From: an uncultured Desulfosarcina sp.
Lineage (GTDB): Bacteria; Desulfobacterota; Desulfobacteria; Desulfobacterales; Desulfosarcinaceae
Direction: 5' to 3'
Length of the DNA: 64,000 nucleotides
Assembly: GCA_963674945.2 (NCBI GenBank)
Contig: CAXXWQ010000004.1
Span: 2,400,001 to 2,464,000 of the forward strand
In this document: positions 29,906 to 40,115 of the stretch, piece after piece
How positions within the stretch are numbered: the first letter of the stretch is position 1
Layout of the letters: every line of letters begins with the position of its first letter
Made by a program: the position numbers and the translations under genes
The notes under the pieces: model-generated
The model's input: the letters and a program-made list of their open reading frames with translations, nothing else
Told to the model about the DNA's origin: nothing
The model's database searches: none

Positions 29906-30671
29906 TACGTGAAGCGAAGAAACTACATTGGGATCTCAATCTACGCACCCACATGATGGAGGCCGTCTATACCCTGGGAATGCGCAGTGTTACCGGGCTT
30001 GAATCCACGCCCCAACATGGGAAACGACCATATACGCCCCCTATAACGACAATGAAAAGTCCCTTGTTGTCATTCGGCCGGCGAGGAATTTTTCATTACT
30101 GAGCAAAGGCTTGGATTGACATGAAGAACAAATTCGAATGCCTCGGACATCCGATGATGGTTTCAAATTCAATAGCTTTGTTTACCTGGGTACTGAGATT
30201 GAGGCTGTTGCTATACTAGGCCTGTTCCGACTTGGCGGATATGGATCAGCGGGAGTCTGTCTTGTGGTATACACCGTTATATTAATAGTTCTGGAACGAT
30301 CCTGAATCCACAGTTCTTCGCAATTAACAAGATTATTTCACCAATTCATTCTCAATATAATCTGTACTTGGACTAAAACTGATATAGGGTATTGATATCA
30401 GTAAGTGTGTATAAGATCCTGACGCTTGGGATAGATCGACAAACATGCAATAATCAGCGAAAAAGGGCTGGCACAATATATTGTGTATGACCGTCGTTTT
30501 CTATCGGTTTAACCGATTCCAGCGATAAAATGGAAATCTCAAGTTTTATTAACCCTTATTTTAAGGAAACAATCTGCCCCGTACATCTGTCATCTTAAAG
30601 TATGTTTAATGCTGTGCGAGCTACTTTTTCTATAGTATTAGTGCCCGAAGGCTATCTTGCCATAATTTCTG

Positions 30672-31517
30672 CTATGCATATTTCATTGCATACCCAGGAA
30701 TCGTCCCGGGCCGGGCCGTTTCAATGGCCTTAGCTGTCCCTTTGGCACTGGCCTCAATGGCTTTTTCTATCGGCATGCTGTTAAGGGCGTTGACGATTGC
30801 GTTGTTTGTTTCTCCAGGGACAAGTAGTGGCTGCTTGCCAAGCGCCTCCAACGCCAGCCGTGTCACCTCTTCCGGACTCATCAAGTTATCGAGGAACTGC
30901 TCACGCTTTAATCCGGCCGTAGTGATCGCATCTGTATCCGTGGCGCCAGGAGCCAATACCAGCAGGTCGACGCCGGTGCCTTCCAGTTCGCCATAGAGAG
31001 CAAAGCCGAGATGGTGCACGAAGGCCTTGCTCGCTCCGTAGACGGCAGACCACGGAGCTGGTATCTCACCTTCCATGGATCCCACAAGAATGATTCCGCC
31101 ATGGCCACGCTTCTTTAGACGTGGTAGCAGTTTGTACATCAGCAACAATGGCACTCGGGTAACGACGTAGAAGGCAGCCATCACCCGATCGAGGGGGAAT
31201 GACTCGAATTCGCCCTTGAGGCCCCATCCAGCGTTGCTGATGACAAGACCCAAATCCTTATCGCCAATGGCGGAGATGGTCCGATCAACCGCATCTTCCT
31301 GAGCCAGATCGACCTGTACGAGTTCGATCTCGATCTTGTGCTGGATAACCAACTCGTCGCGTAGTTTCTCCATCGGCGCCAAATTGATATCCACCATGAT
31401 TAAGTTGAATCCGTCGGCGGCAAGATGGTGGGCGTAGCATACCCCCTGGCCGCCAGCAGCTCCCGTGACCAATGCCCATGGGCCATACGTAGCAATGTCA
31501 ATCGCCATGGCTTTCAT
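30672..31517 (-). CDS. SDR family oxidoreductase
   Basis: TGAAGGQG, SNAG, YGASK. Confidence 0.92.
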   Translation of the reverse strand: MKAMAIDIATYGPWALVTGAAGGQGVCYAHHLAADGFNLIMVDINLAPMEKLRDELVIQHKIEIELVQVDLAQEDAVDRTISAIGDKDLGLVISNAGWGLKGEFESFPLDRVMAAFYVVTRVPLLLMYKLLPRLKKRGHGGIILVGSMEGEIPAPWSAVYGASKAFVHHLGFALYGELEGTGVDLLVLAPGATDTDAITTAGLKREQFLDNLMSPEEVTRLALEALGKQPLLVPGETNNAIVNALNSMPIEKAIEASAKGTAKAIETARPGTIPGYAMKYA

Positions 31518-31562
31518 ACCTCCGTGTTGATTGTATCCTCTGTGATCTTACCTGGCAAAGTC

Positions 31563-32387
31563 TTACCCGTCGAGTTCGGCAAGCATGCGTCGAGTGGTTT
31601 CAACTGCGGGAACCATATGATCATAAGGCGATATTCCGGCTTCGGCCTTGGACACGCTAGGTATCTCCAGACCGATGACAATATCGCGTGGTAGCGCAGA
31701 AAGAATTTCACTCAAGGGAAACTCTCCCAAGCCAGGCAGCAACCGCTCTGAACTTGCCTCTAATAAATAGTTCTCCATAGCAGGGACAATTGTCGCATCG
31801 CAGAAGTGCGCATACCCGATCATCTTGGGATCGAGGGCTGCCAAATCGGCCGCTCCACTTCCACTACGAACCAGATGCATCATGTCGATTAACAGACGGC
31901 AACTGGGTCGCCCTACATATTGTACTGCAGCGACAGCACTGGCAAGGTCGGGAAGCGCCGTCACCGGTGCGAATTCGACAACCACTTCGAGGCCAATAGC
32001 ATCGGCCATATCTACAAGCTTGGACAGCTGATCGAAAGTACGGTCACGATCTGGCTCGAAGCTCACAATATTTAGGATAGGGTCGCCGAGTTCCTTGGCA
32101 ATTTCGAGGTCACCAGAAAGGCTCTCCACATCGACTCCTGGCCGAAGGACCAGGAAGCCATCAATCAGCGAGGCGGAGATGCCCTTATCGCGCATCATAG
32201 TGATCATATCTTGCCTGAGGGAGGCGTCGTCTCTGAGCGAGCTTTGCGGGTAGTTGTATGGATTGATGGGCCCTGGCGAGTTTAACCAGATACTGATGTG
32301 CTGGCACCCGAGCTTAGCTACCAGATCGACCGCCTGAAGCGGTGGCATCCCCAAATGACTGTTAGGTTCGATTGCGATTCTTTCCAA
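31563..32387 (-). CDS. Sugar phosphate isomerase/epimerase (xylose-isomerase-like TIM barrel)
   Basis: VEF, IDMMH, HFCDA, ERLLPG.G, LEIP. Confidence 0.85.
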   Translation of the reverse strand: MERIAIEPNSHLGMPPLQAVDLVAKLGCQHISIWLNSPGPINPYNYPQSSLRDDASLRQDMITMMRDKGISASLIDGFLVLRPGVDVESLSGDLEIAKELGDPILNIVSFEPDRDRTFDQLSKLVDMADAIGLEVVVEFAPVTALPDLASAVAAVQYVGRPSCRLLIDMMHLVRSGSGAADLAALDPKMIGYAHFCDATIVPAMENYLLEASSERLLPGLGEFPLSEILSALPRDIVIGLEIPSVSKAEAGISPYDHMVPAVETTRRMLAELDG

Positions 32388-32475
32388 TAGACGAATCCTC
32401 CATAAAATGACTTTCCCATTGTTGGATCGAAAAGTGAAGTTGGTTAATTCAAAGATGTCGGGTGCAAATAATTAA

Positions 32476-33213
32476 TTAATCCAATGGCTTTTTGACAGCA
32501 ATCGTCAATCCATCTTCGAATGGGAGAATCAAGATGTCTGCTCTATGATCTTTACTAATTTTCTCATTGAACTCACGGGTATGCGTTCCAAACTTGACCA
32601 TGGTATCAAGCATCTGTTCCGGCCAGATTCTCGCTAACTTTTCTCGCATTGCTTCTTCACCTTTTACCGCAACCGAACCGGAGAAGAGGGTATTATCATA
32701 GATGAGCATTCCCCCTGGACGAGCCAGTTTCATTCCCAAATCCCAATAATTCGGATAGCCGGGTTTATCAGCGTCGATAAACAGGAGGTCGAAGGTCTCG
32801 CCATGTCCCTCATCCAGTAAGGATTGCATGGTTTCGGCTGCCGGACCGACACGCATGTCCGTCCTATCACTCACTCCGGCCTTTTCCCAATACTTACGCG
32901 CTATCTTGGCATTGTTTTCATCGATTTCCATACCGACAAGCCATCCATCCTTCGGTATTGCCAGCGCCATACACAGAGCGCTGTATCCGGTGAAAGACCC
33001 CACGTCCAAAACTCGTTTTGCTTTTGTTGCCTTTACCATAAGCTGCAAAAATAGTCCCTGCCGGTGGGTCACCTGACAAATGGCATATGGATGATCAAGC
33101 GTCTCCTGGCGAAGCTCGGCCAGCACTTTGGGCTCGGGTGAAGAAAATGAATCAACGTATGCAAGAAGATTCTCATCAAAACCCAAAAAGTTACGACTCG
33201 TACCTAATTCCAT
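32476..33213 (-). CDS. Caffeoyl-CoA-type O-methyltransferase
   Basis: LDVGSFTGYSAL, FIDADK, YDNTL. Confidence 0.92.
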   Translation of the reverse strand: MELGTSRNFLGFDENLLAYVDSFSSPEPKVLAELRQETLDHPYAICQVTHRQGLFLQLMVKATKAKRVLDVGSFTGYSALCMALAIPKDGWLVGMEIDENNAKIARKYWEKAGVSDRTDMRVGPAAETMQSLLDEGHGETFDLLFIDADKPGYPNYWDLGMKLARPGGMLIYDNTLFSGSVAVKGEEAMREKLARIWPEQMLDTMVKFGTHTREFNEKISKDHRADILILPFEDGLTIAVKKPLD

Positions 33214-33300
33214 ATCTTATCCTCCTTTAATCTGATATTGCTTTTTACCGGTATCATCTGATCCAACTTAGCAAAGGTCCTCCATCTGCCTATCTCGCTT

Positions 33301-33870
33301 TCAAGCAAGTTCATCTTCGCTATCGTCAAACCAATCCACTGGGCTATTTTCAAACCTTAACAGGAGTTTTTCCAATAGCAAATTTAATAGAACAACCTCT
33401 GCAAAGGTGAATTCAGCAAAATAAGACTGCATTCTCCTGACGGCGATTTTATCTGTGATTTCATGAAATTTTTTACCATGATCGGTCATTCTCACCAGAA
33501 CGACGCGCTTATCGTTGGGATCAGATAATCGTTCAGCTAAGTCATTGTCGACCCACCAGGCGACCAGACGATTGGTGGTTGCGGGCGGTAGTAAAAGCTC
33601 CTTCGTCAAATCTCCCATGCTGATGTTTGGCCGGTTAAATAGAATCTTGCCTATCGCATAAAAGGCGAGACTGCCTGCAATCAGACCAGGATTATTGCCC
33701 TTGATGAAAAATTTTTCCAACATCCTTTTTGCCCCCTCACTCTTTTGAATCCCTGAGTTGGCAAGGTGAAACTCCACCTTCCTGAAGTTACCAATAAAAC
33801 GGGCAGTCCATTCTGGAGATGATATTTCTTGCAGATTGTTTTTTATCATTTTGTCCCTTTTTATTTCCAT
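33301..33870 (-). CDS. MarR family regulator
   Basis: ATTNRLV......ER..DPNDKRVVLVRMT..G. Confidence 0.88.
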   Translation of the reverse strand: MEIKRDKMIKNNLQEISSPEWTARFIGNFRKVEFHLANSGIQKSEGAKRMLEKFFIKGNNPGLIAGSLAFYAIGKILFNRPNISMGDLTKELLLPPATTNRLVAWWVDNDLAERLSDPNDKRVVLVRMTDHGKKFHEITDKIAVRRMQSYFAEFTFAEVVLLNLLLEKLLLRFENSPVDWFDDSEDELA

Positions 33871-34239
33871 TTGGAAACATTAGTAGCCTCTATAAAATTA
33901 AATGTCAATTCTTGATTTCGTTTAAACAAGAAAAAAATGCATTAATTCGAAATGGTTTAAAGGATATTGGCCAGATAAATTGCTAAAATATCTCTTATCG
34001 GTAAACCACAGAAGAACTTTCCATATGGATATTTTTACTTTTTTCACCCTGGTTGTGAATCAGAACATTAAAAATGTAAGGACAAAACTGTTTTTTCAAG
34101 ACAGATGAAGAACGAATTCAGAAAGTAGTGTACGGAACTAGTGCAGTGGACCCGAAAGGCTGGATAGTTGGCCAGCCGAGAATAGAACCATTGAAAAATC
34201 TGGTGCGCTATTTGGAAGTACGCTTTCGCCAGATTTCTT

Positions 34240-34362
34240 GATTTCAAGGCGACAATTACCCATACCATATCTTGTGGTCTGCCATTATTCCCCGAGGTAC
34301 AGATTATAAAAATAATCTGAACCGAATCTCAAAAATTGATTTTTTCATATATGTACAGGATA
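34240..34362 (+). repeat. Left long inverted repeat of the recombinase element
   Basis: About 75% identical by hand alignment to the reverse complement of 35460-35583; core CCAYATCTTGTGGTC and end GTACAGGATA. Confidence 0.85.
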
Positions 34363-34435
34363 GTTTGATACAATGGAGACCGTCAAATCGTTTGATTACA
34401 TCAGAGAATCCCCTTCCAATTTTCTTTGCAGATTA

Positions 34436-34465
34436 TTGAATATCCACTCCGCTCCAGGATATAAT
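34436..34465 (+). promoter_or_regulatory. Sigma70-like promoter of the recombinase
   Basis: TTGAAT-N18-TATAAT. Confidence 0.6.
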
Positions 34466-34521
34466 GGTGGTCATCGGGCATAGCCCGTCTTTCAAACCTA
34501 CAATTTTACAGGAGGTCCACC

Positions 34522-35359
34522 ATGAAACTTTCAAAAGCAGCAACAATCTGGATTGGCTATCACGAAAACCATTCGAAAAAAAAACACACTCCGATCCTAT
34601 AAAGCCGTTATTGACCCGTTTCGCCGGGAATTTGGTGACAGGACAATCGGTCAGGTCACACCGGATGAAATCCTAACATTCCTGAACCACCTCACCGATG
34701 GCAACAAACCCTATACAAAGCGGGTTCGATTTGCCCAATTATCGTCTTTCTTCAGTTTCGTACGGAACAACATCGATTCCGAATCAGCAAATCCATGCGA
34801 TTCCCCCATGATCCGGAAACTTTATCGCCAAAAAGTGACATCAAAGTGGGAAATCATCGAAAAAGGAACGATTGACGAGATTATATTCCGAACGACCAAG
34901 AATCGTAATCGCTTATTGCTCGAATTGATGGCCCGTGGCGGGATGCGGGTCGGAGAGGTGCTGAAGCTCAGGTTGAAAGACATTCGAGATCAGAAGTTGG
35001 TCCTTTACGATCCGAAAAGCGGCAAAGAGCAAGAGATCGTGTTCATACCTCAGAAGGTAGCCGACCGCCTCCGTGATTATGCCCACCAAGTATGCAAAAA
35101 GCCCGAGGATCGTATATTTCCCATTTGCTACGAGGCAGCGCGGATGATTGTTCTGAAAGCAGGGAAACTGGTGGGCATCCACTTACGTCCCCATGACCTG
35201 CGCCGTCACGCCGCGACATTTGCATCTCGATCTGGCTTACCCATTGAAATTATTTCTAAAGTTATCCTTCGACACGCGAATCTTTCGACTACCCAGATGT
35301 ACCTGGGAACAATAAAAGATGTGGAGGCGATCAGATGGATTGATAACCTTTATAGTTAA
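34522..35359 (+). CDS. Tyrosine recombinase, split by a +1 shift at an A9 run (34576-34584)
   Basis: SD AGGAGG + ATG 34522 (MKLSKAATIWIGYHENHSKK); the catalytic frame has GMRVGE, KSG, HDLRR, LRHANL..TQMY. Confidence 0.9.
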
Positions 35360-35459
35360 AAACTACGGGGCGGATCACCGAGATGGGGTTTCGCCCCATG
35401 TCTGCAGATACCTTCCAACTGCTATGAAATCTGTATTATCTAACATTTCAGCAAGTTGA

Positions 35460-35583
35460 TATCCTGTACGTATCTGAAAAATGCGATTTCTGTGATGCGG
35501 GCCAGATTAGTTTTAATAAGCTGTACTTCAGGGCAAATCGGCCGACCACAAGATGTGGGATTGATGGTGTTCGTCTTAAAATC
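35460..35583 (-). repeat. Right long inverted repeat of the recombinase element
   Basis: Mate of 34240-34362. Confidence 0.85.
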
Positions 35584-35845
35584 GGCGACAATGGCAAGTA
35601 AACACACGAATTGGTGGTGTCCATTATTGTGGGATAGCCAGAACATAATTTGGCAGAAGAAAATTTATTATCACTCAATTTCTATCTGGCATAAAACTCT
35701 ATCTCTTCGCATTTCTCTAAGAATGCTATTAATGTCGCTGATAGGGTATTTACGTGTAAATGCTGGCCACGTTGGTGACATGGATGCTGAAATTAGAATC
35801 TTCATTTTTCTGTAGCGGCTATCAGACCCTATGATTGTAACTGCG

Positions 35846-36496
35846 TTATCTTTGTAAATCTTTGTAGATGACATCATTGCAGTCCGGGCAAATTGTATGC
35901 GTTATTTTGGAATTGGTGTACCGCTGAAGATAAATGTCCAATGGCCACCATCGATCAACTTCGTCCCTGATACGTTTGCACCCACTGCAAACAGGTAGAA
36001 GCTCACGTAACAATTTGTTTTCGACAATGAGCTTTTGCTTTTCTAGTAGGGCTTCATTCAGCCGATGAATCATTTCTTCCTGGCCGAGCTCGAATTTTTT
36101 CCGCTCAGTGATATCTCTGCTGACTCCGACGATTTTTATGGGCTCATCGTTTTCCTCTATCAGTTTGGCACATATTTCAACCCAATAGACCGTTCCATTT
36201 TTATGGATCATCTCAACTTCGATGGTATGAGTAGGTTCGGGCACCTTTTTCATCTGCAGCAGCGACTGTTTCAGTTCGTTCACCAATTCTTCATAAACTT
36301 TTATTGGCATTCGTTCTTTCAGAGCCATACCGATGTATTCATCTGCACGATAACCACTGAGCCGCTCAATGGAGGGGGTGATGTAATTAAATGTCATTGT
36401 CTCAATATCGATTACCCAGATGGCGTCGAATATGTTCTCGTTCAATAGTTGATTGTTCTCTTCAAGCTTTTTGATTCTTGCAGCGATATCAGGCAT
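35846..36496 (-). CDS. PAS domain protein with a C-terminal Cys/Zn motif
   Basis: PAS/PAC ending DITERK; LPVCSGCKRIRD...THTICPDC. Confidence 0.88.
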   Translation of the reverse strand: MPDIAARIKKLEENNQLLNENIFDAIWVIDIETMTFNYITPSIERLSGYRADEYIGMALKERMPIKVYEELVNELKQSLLQMKKVPEPTHTIEVEMIHKNGTVYWVEICAKLIEENDEPIKIVGVSRDITERKKFELGQEEMIHRLNEALLEKQKLIVENKLLRELLPVCSGCKRIRDEVDRWWPLDIYLQRYTNSKITHTICPDCNDVIYKDLQR

Positions 36497-36613
36497 GGTA
36501 GTTTTCCTTTGTTTGCTCCGTAAGACATCCTTTGATGTTTCCGCTTCCAGTTTTCTATTTATTTTTGAATTGTAAGCACCCACATCTTTCTTATGGCGTT
36601 TCGTCTTTACTTC

Positions 36614-37027
36614 TCAAACATTCATCTTTTGATGGACGACCTGAAGAAGCACCGGCAGATTGTTGCCGATGAAGCCGGCCAGCATCACACTGATCTCTAT
36701 TTTCTTCAGCCTGTCATCTTCATTGTCTGAACCTATGGGAAACGGTCCATGGAAGCCATCACGACAACCGGTTTCCTCGTAGCACCGCTTTAGGGTGTCC
36801 AGAATCGCCTGCACTAAGCCATGGGTCCGTTCGCTATGTAGTAGGAACCGTCCTCGATGCATCGCATTGCCCAGCATTGAGTAAATTCGTTTGTTTGCCC
36901 ACAGGATTTCGCAATCCTCAACCTTCCAATTGCCTTTGGTATCCAGGCTGATGCCGATACCGGATGGTGTTGAATCGAGAATTGTCAAAAGCTTCGGTTG
37001 CAGCAGCTTCAAAGCTTCTTCTAACAT
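36614..37027 (-). CDS. Hypothetical, PAS-like
   Basis: ILDSTPSGI...ILWANKR..SMLG; co-oriented in the cluster. Confidence 0.55.
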   Translation of the reverse strand: MLEEALKLLQPKLLTILDSTPSGIGISLDTKGNWKVEDCEILWANKRIYSMLGNAMHRGRFLLHSERTHGLVQAILDTLKRCYEETGCRDGFHGPFPIGSDNEDDRLKKIEISVMLAGFIGNNLPVLLQVVHQKMNV

Positions 37028-37111
37028 GACGGTTTCCCCTATCGGATACCCCGAAATTAAAATGAGCAGCAGAAACAAGATCTGTAAATTCCCGCTGACC
37101 ACAGTTTAGCG

Positions 37112-39145
37112 TTATACTTTAAACTGATCCACCATCTGCTTCAGGCTCTCTGATAGCCGGGACAGTTCCTGGGCGCTGATATTGACCTGGCTGCTGCCGG
37201 TGGACATCTCATTCATGGAAAGACTTACGTTGGCGATGTCTTTTGAAATTTCAGCGGATACCGCCGAACTCTGATTGACGTTCTCATTAACCTCCTGAAT
37301 ACCTTGGGAGGCCTGGGCCACATTGTTGGCGATGTCTTTGGTCGCTGAACTCTGCTCTTCCACGGCGGTGGCGATTGTGGCTACCACCTCGTTGACATCG
37401 GTGATGACCGTGGTGATCTCGCTGATTTGTCCCACGGTCATGTTGGTGGTCCCCTGAATGCCTTCGATTTTCTCCTTGATATCCTGGGTGGCTTCGGCTG
37501 TCTGCTTGGCCAGTTCCTTGATCTCGTTGGCCACCACGGCAAAGCCCTTGCCCGCCTCTCCGGCCCGTGCCGCTTCGATGGTGGCGTTGAGGGCCAACAG
37601 ATTGACCTGCTCGCTGATGTCGGTAATGGTCTCGATGACTTTGCCGATGGCGTTGGCCGCCTCGCCCAACCGGTCCATGTTGGTGGAGGCACTGGATGCC
37701 TTATGGGCGGCCTCATCGGAGATGCTGCGGGCTTTTTCGGCATTCTGGGCGATCTCGCTGATGGTGACGGACATTTCCTCCGATGCCGTGGCCACCATGT
37801 TGGTATTGGTGGCCGACTGCTCAATTGCGGCAGCCACGCTTTTCATGTTGGCGCTCATCTCCTCGGCGGCAGCGGAGACGGTATTGGAGTTGTCGGAGAC
37901 ATTGGTGATGCCCTGGGTCATCTGTTCGGAGATGGCGGAGAGTTCAGTGGACGATGCGGAGAGCGTTTCTACGCCGGCAGCAATATCCTTGATGATGCCC
38001 TGCAGCTTTTCGATGAAGATATTGAACCATTTCGCCAGCGCGCCGACTTCGTCGCGGCTGCTCACCTGAAGGCGCATGGTCAGGTCGCCTTCTCCCCGGG
38101 CGATGTCCTTGAGGCCGGCCACGGCGGCATTGATGGGCCTTACGATGGATCGTGCGGCAAACAGAACGATTAAAACCACGATCAGACCGGCCACGAGTGT
38201 GACGATAACGTTGGCGTTGCGGATGGCATTGGAAGCAAAGAGAAACTCCTCCTGGTCCTGTGTGGCGCTGATGGACCACCCATCGATCCCAACCGGAGCA
38301 AACCCGGCAATTTTAGGAACCCCTTCAAAAATATATTGCTCCACACCCGTTTCACCTTTTAACATTTTATTGATGAAAACATTCATCCCTTTCAGAGTTG
38401 TGGCATTCAATCTCAGTATGAAATCGGTCTTGGGATGGGCCAGAACGGTGCCTTGGTTGTCAATCATAAAACCATAACCGGTCTTTCCGATTTTGCGATC
38501 GGTGATGAGCCGGGTAAACGTTTCGGCCTTGATAATAACACCCAAGGCCCCAAAGAACTGCCCTTGATCGGACACGATGGGGGCACATGCAACCATGATC
38601 GGCTGACCGGTTTTTTTCGAAACAACCATTTTGCTGACCACCGCCTTTCCTTCCCGCCGGGCGGATTGAAAATACCCTCTGTCACCGACGCTGATGCCCT
38701 TTGCTTCGCCACCATCTTCCATGACGCCGGTAATCACATTCCCCTGGTCATCGGCGATGAAAATTGACTCGTAGTGATCCCCCAATCGACGAAATTGGTT
38801 GCTCAGATCGGAGAACACCGACTGGAGCGAAGATGCATTGGTCGTGATGCCCGACCTGGAAACGGCTTCACTCAATGCGACGATATTGGCCTGGCTCGCC
38901 AGCCCCTGCGCCTTTTCCATTTCCCCATGGATGAAGGTTCGGGTTAGCGATGCCAGGTCCAATGCGATTCCCACGGCCTGGATTTCCCCCATCTCCAACA
39001 TGGCCGTCCTGGCTTTGGAAAATGAAATATACCCTACAATGATCAATGGAATCAGCACTGCCGCGAGACCGCCAAAAATGAGTTTGGAAGAGATGGATTG
39101 CAGGTTGATCTTCATGTTGATGCTCCTTACTGATTTTATGGTCAT
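37112..39145 (-). CDS. Methyl-accepting chemotaxis protein (dCache, HAMP)
   Basis: [27 protein letters not shown]; two TM helices. Confidence 0.96.
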   Translation of the reverse strand: MTIKSVRSINMKINLQSISSKLIFGGLAAVLIPLIIVGYISFSKARTAMLEMGEIQAVGIALDLASLTRTFIHGEMEKAQGLASQANIVALSEAVSRSGITTNASSLQSVFSDLSNQFRRLGDHYESIFIADDQGNVITGVMEDGGEAKGISVGDRGYFQSARREGKAVVSKMVVSKKTGQPIMVACAPIVSDQGQFFGALGVIIKAETFTRLITDRKIGKTGYGFMIDNQGTVLAHPKTDFILRLNATTLKGMNVFINKMLKGETGVEQYIFEGVPKIAGFAPVGIDGWSISATQDQEEFLFASNAIRNANVIVTLVAGLIVVLIVLFAARSIVRPINAAVAGLKDIARGEGDLTMRLQVSSRDEVGALAKWFNIFIEKLQGIIKDIAAGVETLSASSTELSAISEQMTQGITNVSDNSNTVSAAAEEMSANMKSVAAAIEQSATNTNMVATASEEMSVTISEIAQNAEKARSISDEAAHKASSASTNMDRLGEAANAIGKVIETITDISEQVNLLALNATIEAARAGEAGKGFAVVANEIKELAKQTAEATQDIKEKIEGIQGTTNMTVGQISEITTVITDVNEVVATIATAVEEQSSATKDIANNVAQASQGIQEVNENVNQSSAVSAEISKDIANVSLSMNEMSTGSSQVNISAQELSRLSESLKQMVDQFKV

Positions 39146-39147
39146 AG

Positions 39148-39441
39148 TTACAACTGTTTATGGTAGAATAGACTTAGGATTCGAAGAATCTGGATAGCTT
39201 CCAGTGTAGTCTGGACCATTTTGACCAAATTCGATTTGACATCCTCTTTGACATCTTCGGGTAGATCAGAACATAAGAGCATTTCAAATTGGCTGTTGAT
39301 CATGATCAGGTACATGTTGATGCCCTGAAGGCCATCAAGTATGATTTTTCCTGTTTTTTCAATTCTATGGTGTGGTTGCATCATTGTCTCCTCATCGACT
39401 CCATAGTACGTGTGATTTTCAATCTCCTTCCCGATTAACAA
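39148..39441 (-). CDS. Hypothetical protein
   Basis: Fills the gap in a co-oriented operon; start uncertain. Confidence 0.4.
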   Translation of the reverse strand: MLIGKEIENHTYYGVDEETMMQPHHRIEKTGKIILDGLQGINMYLIMINSQFEMLLCSDLPEDVKEDVKSNLVKMVQTTLEAIQILRILSLFYHKQL

Positions 39442-39456
39442 ACATCTTCTTTGCGC

Positions 39457-39867
39457 TTAATACGTTCTGCGCAAATCCTTTACGCTTTCTACCCCTCTGA
39501 AGTTTCTAATAAATATCTTTCGTAAAACAGATAATATATCATTCACCCCCATCTCCAAATAGGAGATAAAGCTTGGATTTAACTGTAAGGCCATCGAGAG
39601 GGTTTTCTTGTCATTGTCCGTTAGAACCAAAATCAGCCGGGTATCACGTAACAGCGCTTTCAATCCAAGTACTTGGCCGATGGCCTCTTCAGATGAAAGA
39701 AACATGACGATTGCTGCCACTCGATGTAACGGCTTGCGAAGATGCCGCAATAAATTCTCAAATGAGATGATCGGCTTCACATGGATACCTGGCAGCTGAT
39801 TGTTTACCAGCCTTTGGAGCCTCCTGATTTGTTCGTTTGATATATCCCCGAAAAGTAAAAGCTTCAT
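39457..39867 (-). CDS. Degenerate receiver-like protein
   Basis: Alternating beta/alpha pattern (KLLLF...AAIVMF...RLILVL...PSFI); first gene after the sigma54 promoter. Confidence 0.6.
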   Translation of the reverse strand: MKLLLFGDISNEQIRRLQRLVNNQLPGIHVKPIISFENLLRHLRKPLHRVAAIVMFLSSEEAIGQVLGLKALLRDTRLILVLTDNDKKTLSMALQLNPSFISYLEMGVNDILSVLRKIFIRNFRGVESVKDLRRTY

Positions 39868-39934
39868 TGTATCCGTCTTTAAGACTGTTTTAATGGATTT
39901 GCCGTTTTCATTTTGGCTATCAGCTACAATAGAT

Positions 39935-39950
39935 AGCAGGAAAAATGCCA
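39935..39950 (-). promoter_or_regulatory. Sigma54 -24/-12 promoter
   Basis: TGGCAT-TTTTC-CTGCT on the minus strand (GG-N10-GC). Confidence 0.7.
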
Positions 39951-40056
39951 ATAAAATGAACTGATAAAAAATGAATTAAAATCGAATAGTTGAAATAGTG
40001 TTCGGGCGGTAAAGATGGGGTTTTGGGGAAGGATTTACTGAATCCGGGAACGCAAG

Positions 40057-40078
40057 TCATTCCTCATTACAGGAATGA
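40057..40078. promoter_or_regulatory. Palindrome, candidate enhancer for the adjacent sigma54 activator
   Basis: TCATTCCT-N6-AGGAATGA, about 110 bp upstream of -24. Confidence 0.45.
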
Positions 40079-40115
40079 AGAACGATAGCAGCGCGATGGG
40101 TTTAAAAATCGCTTT

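Noticed and set aside
29906..30671. Possible ncRNA or att site in long intergenic DNA (also 45200-46200)
   Set aside because: No tRNA fragment, convincing direct repeat or recognisable RNA structure found by eye.
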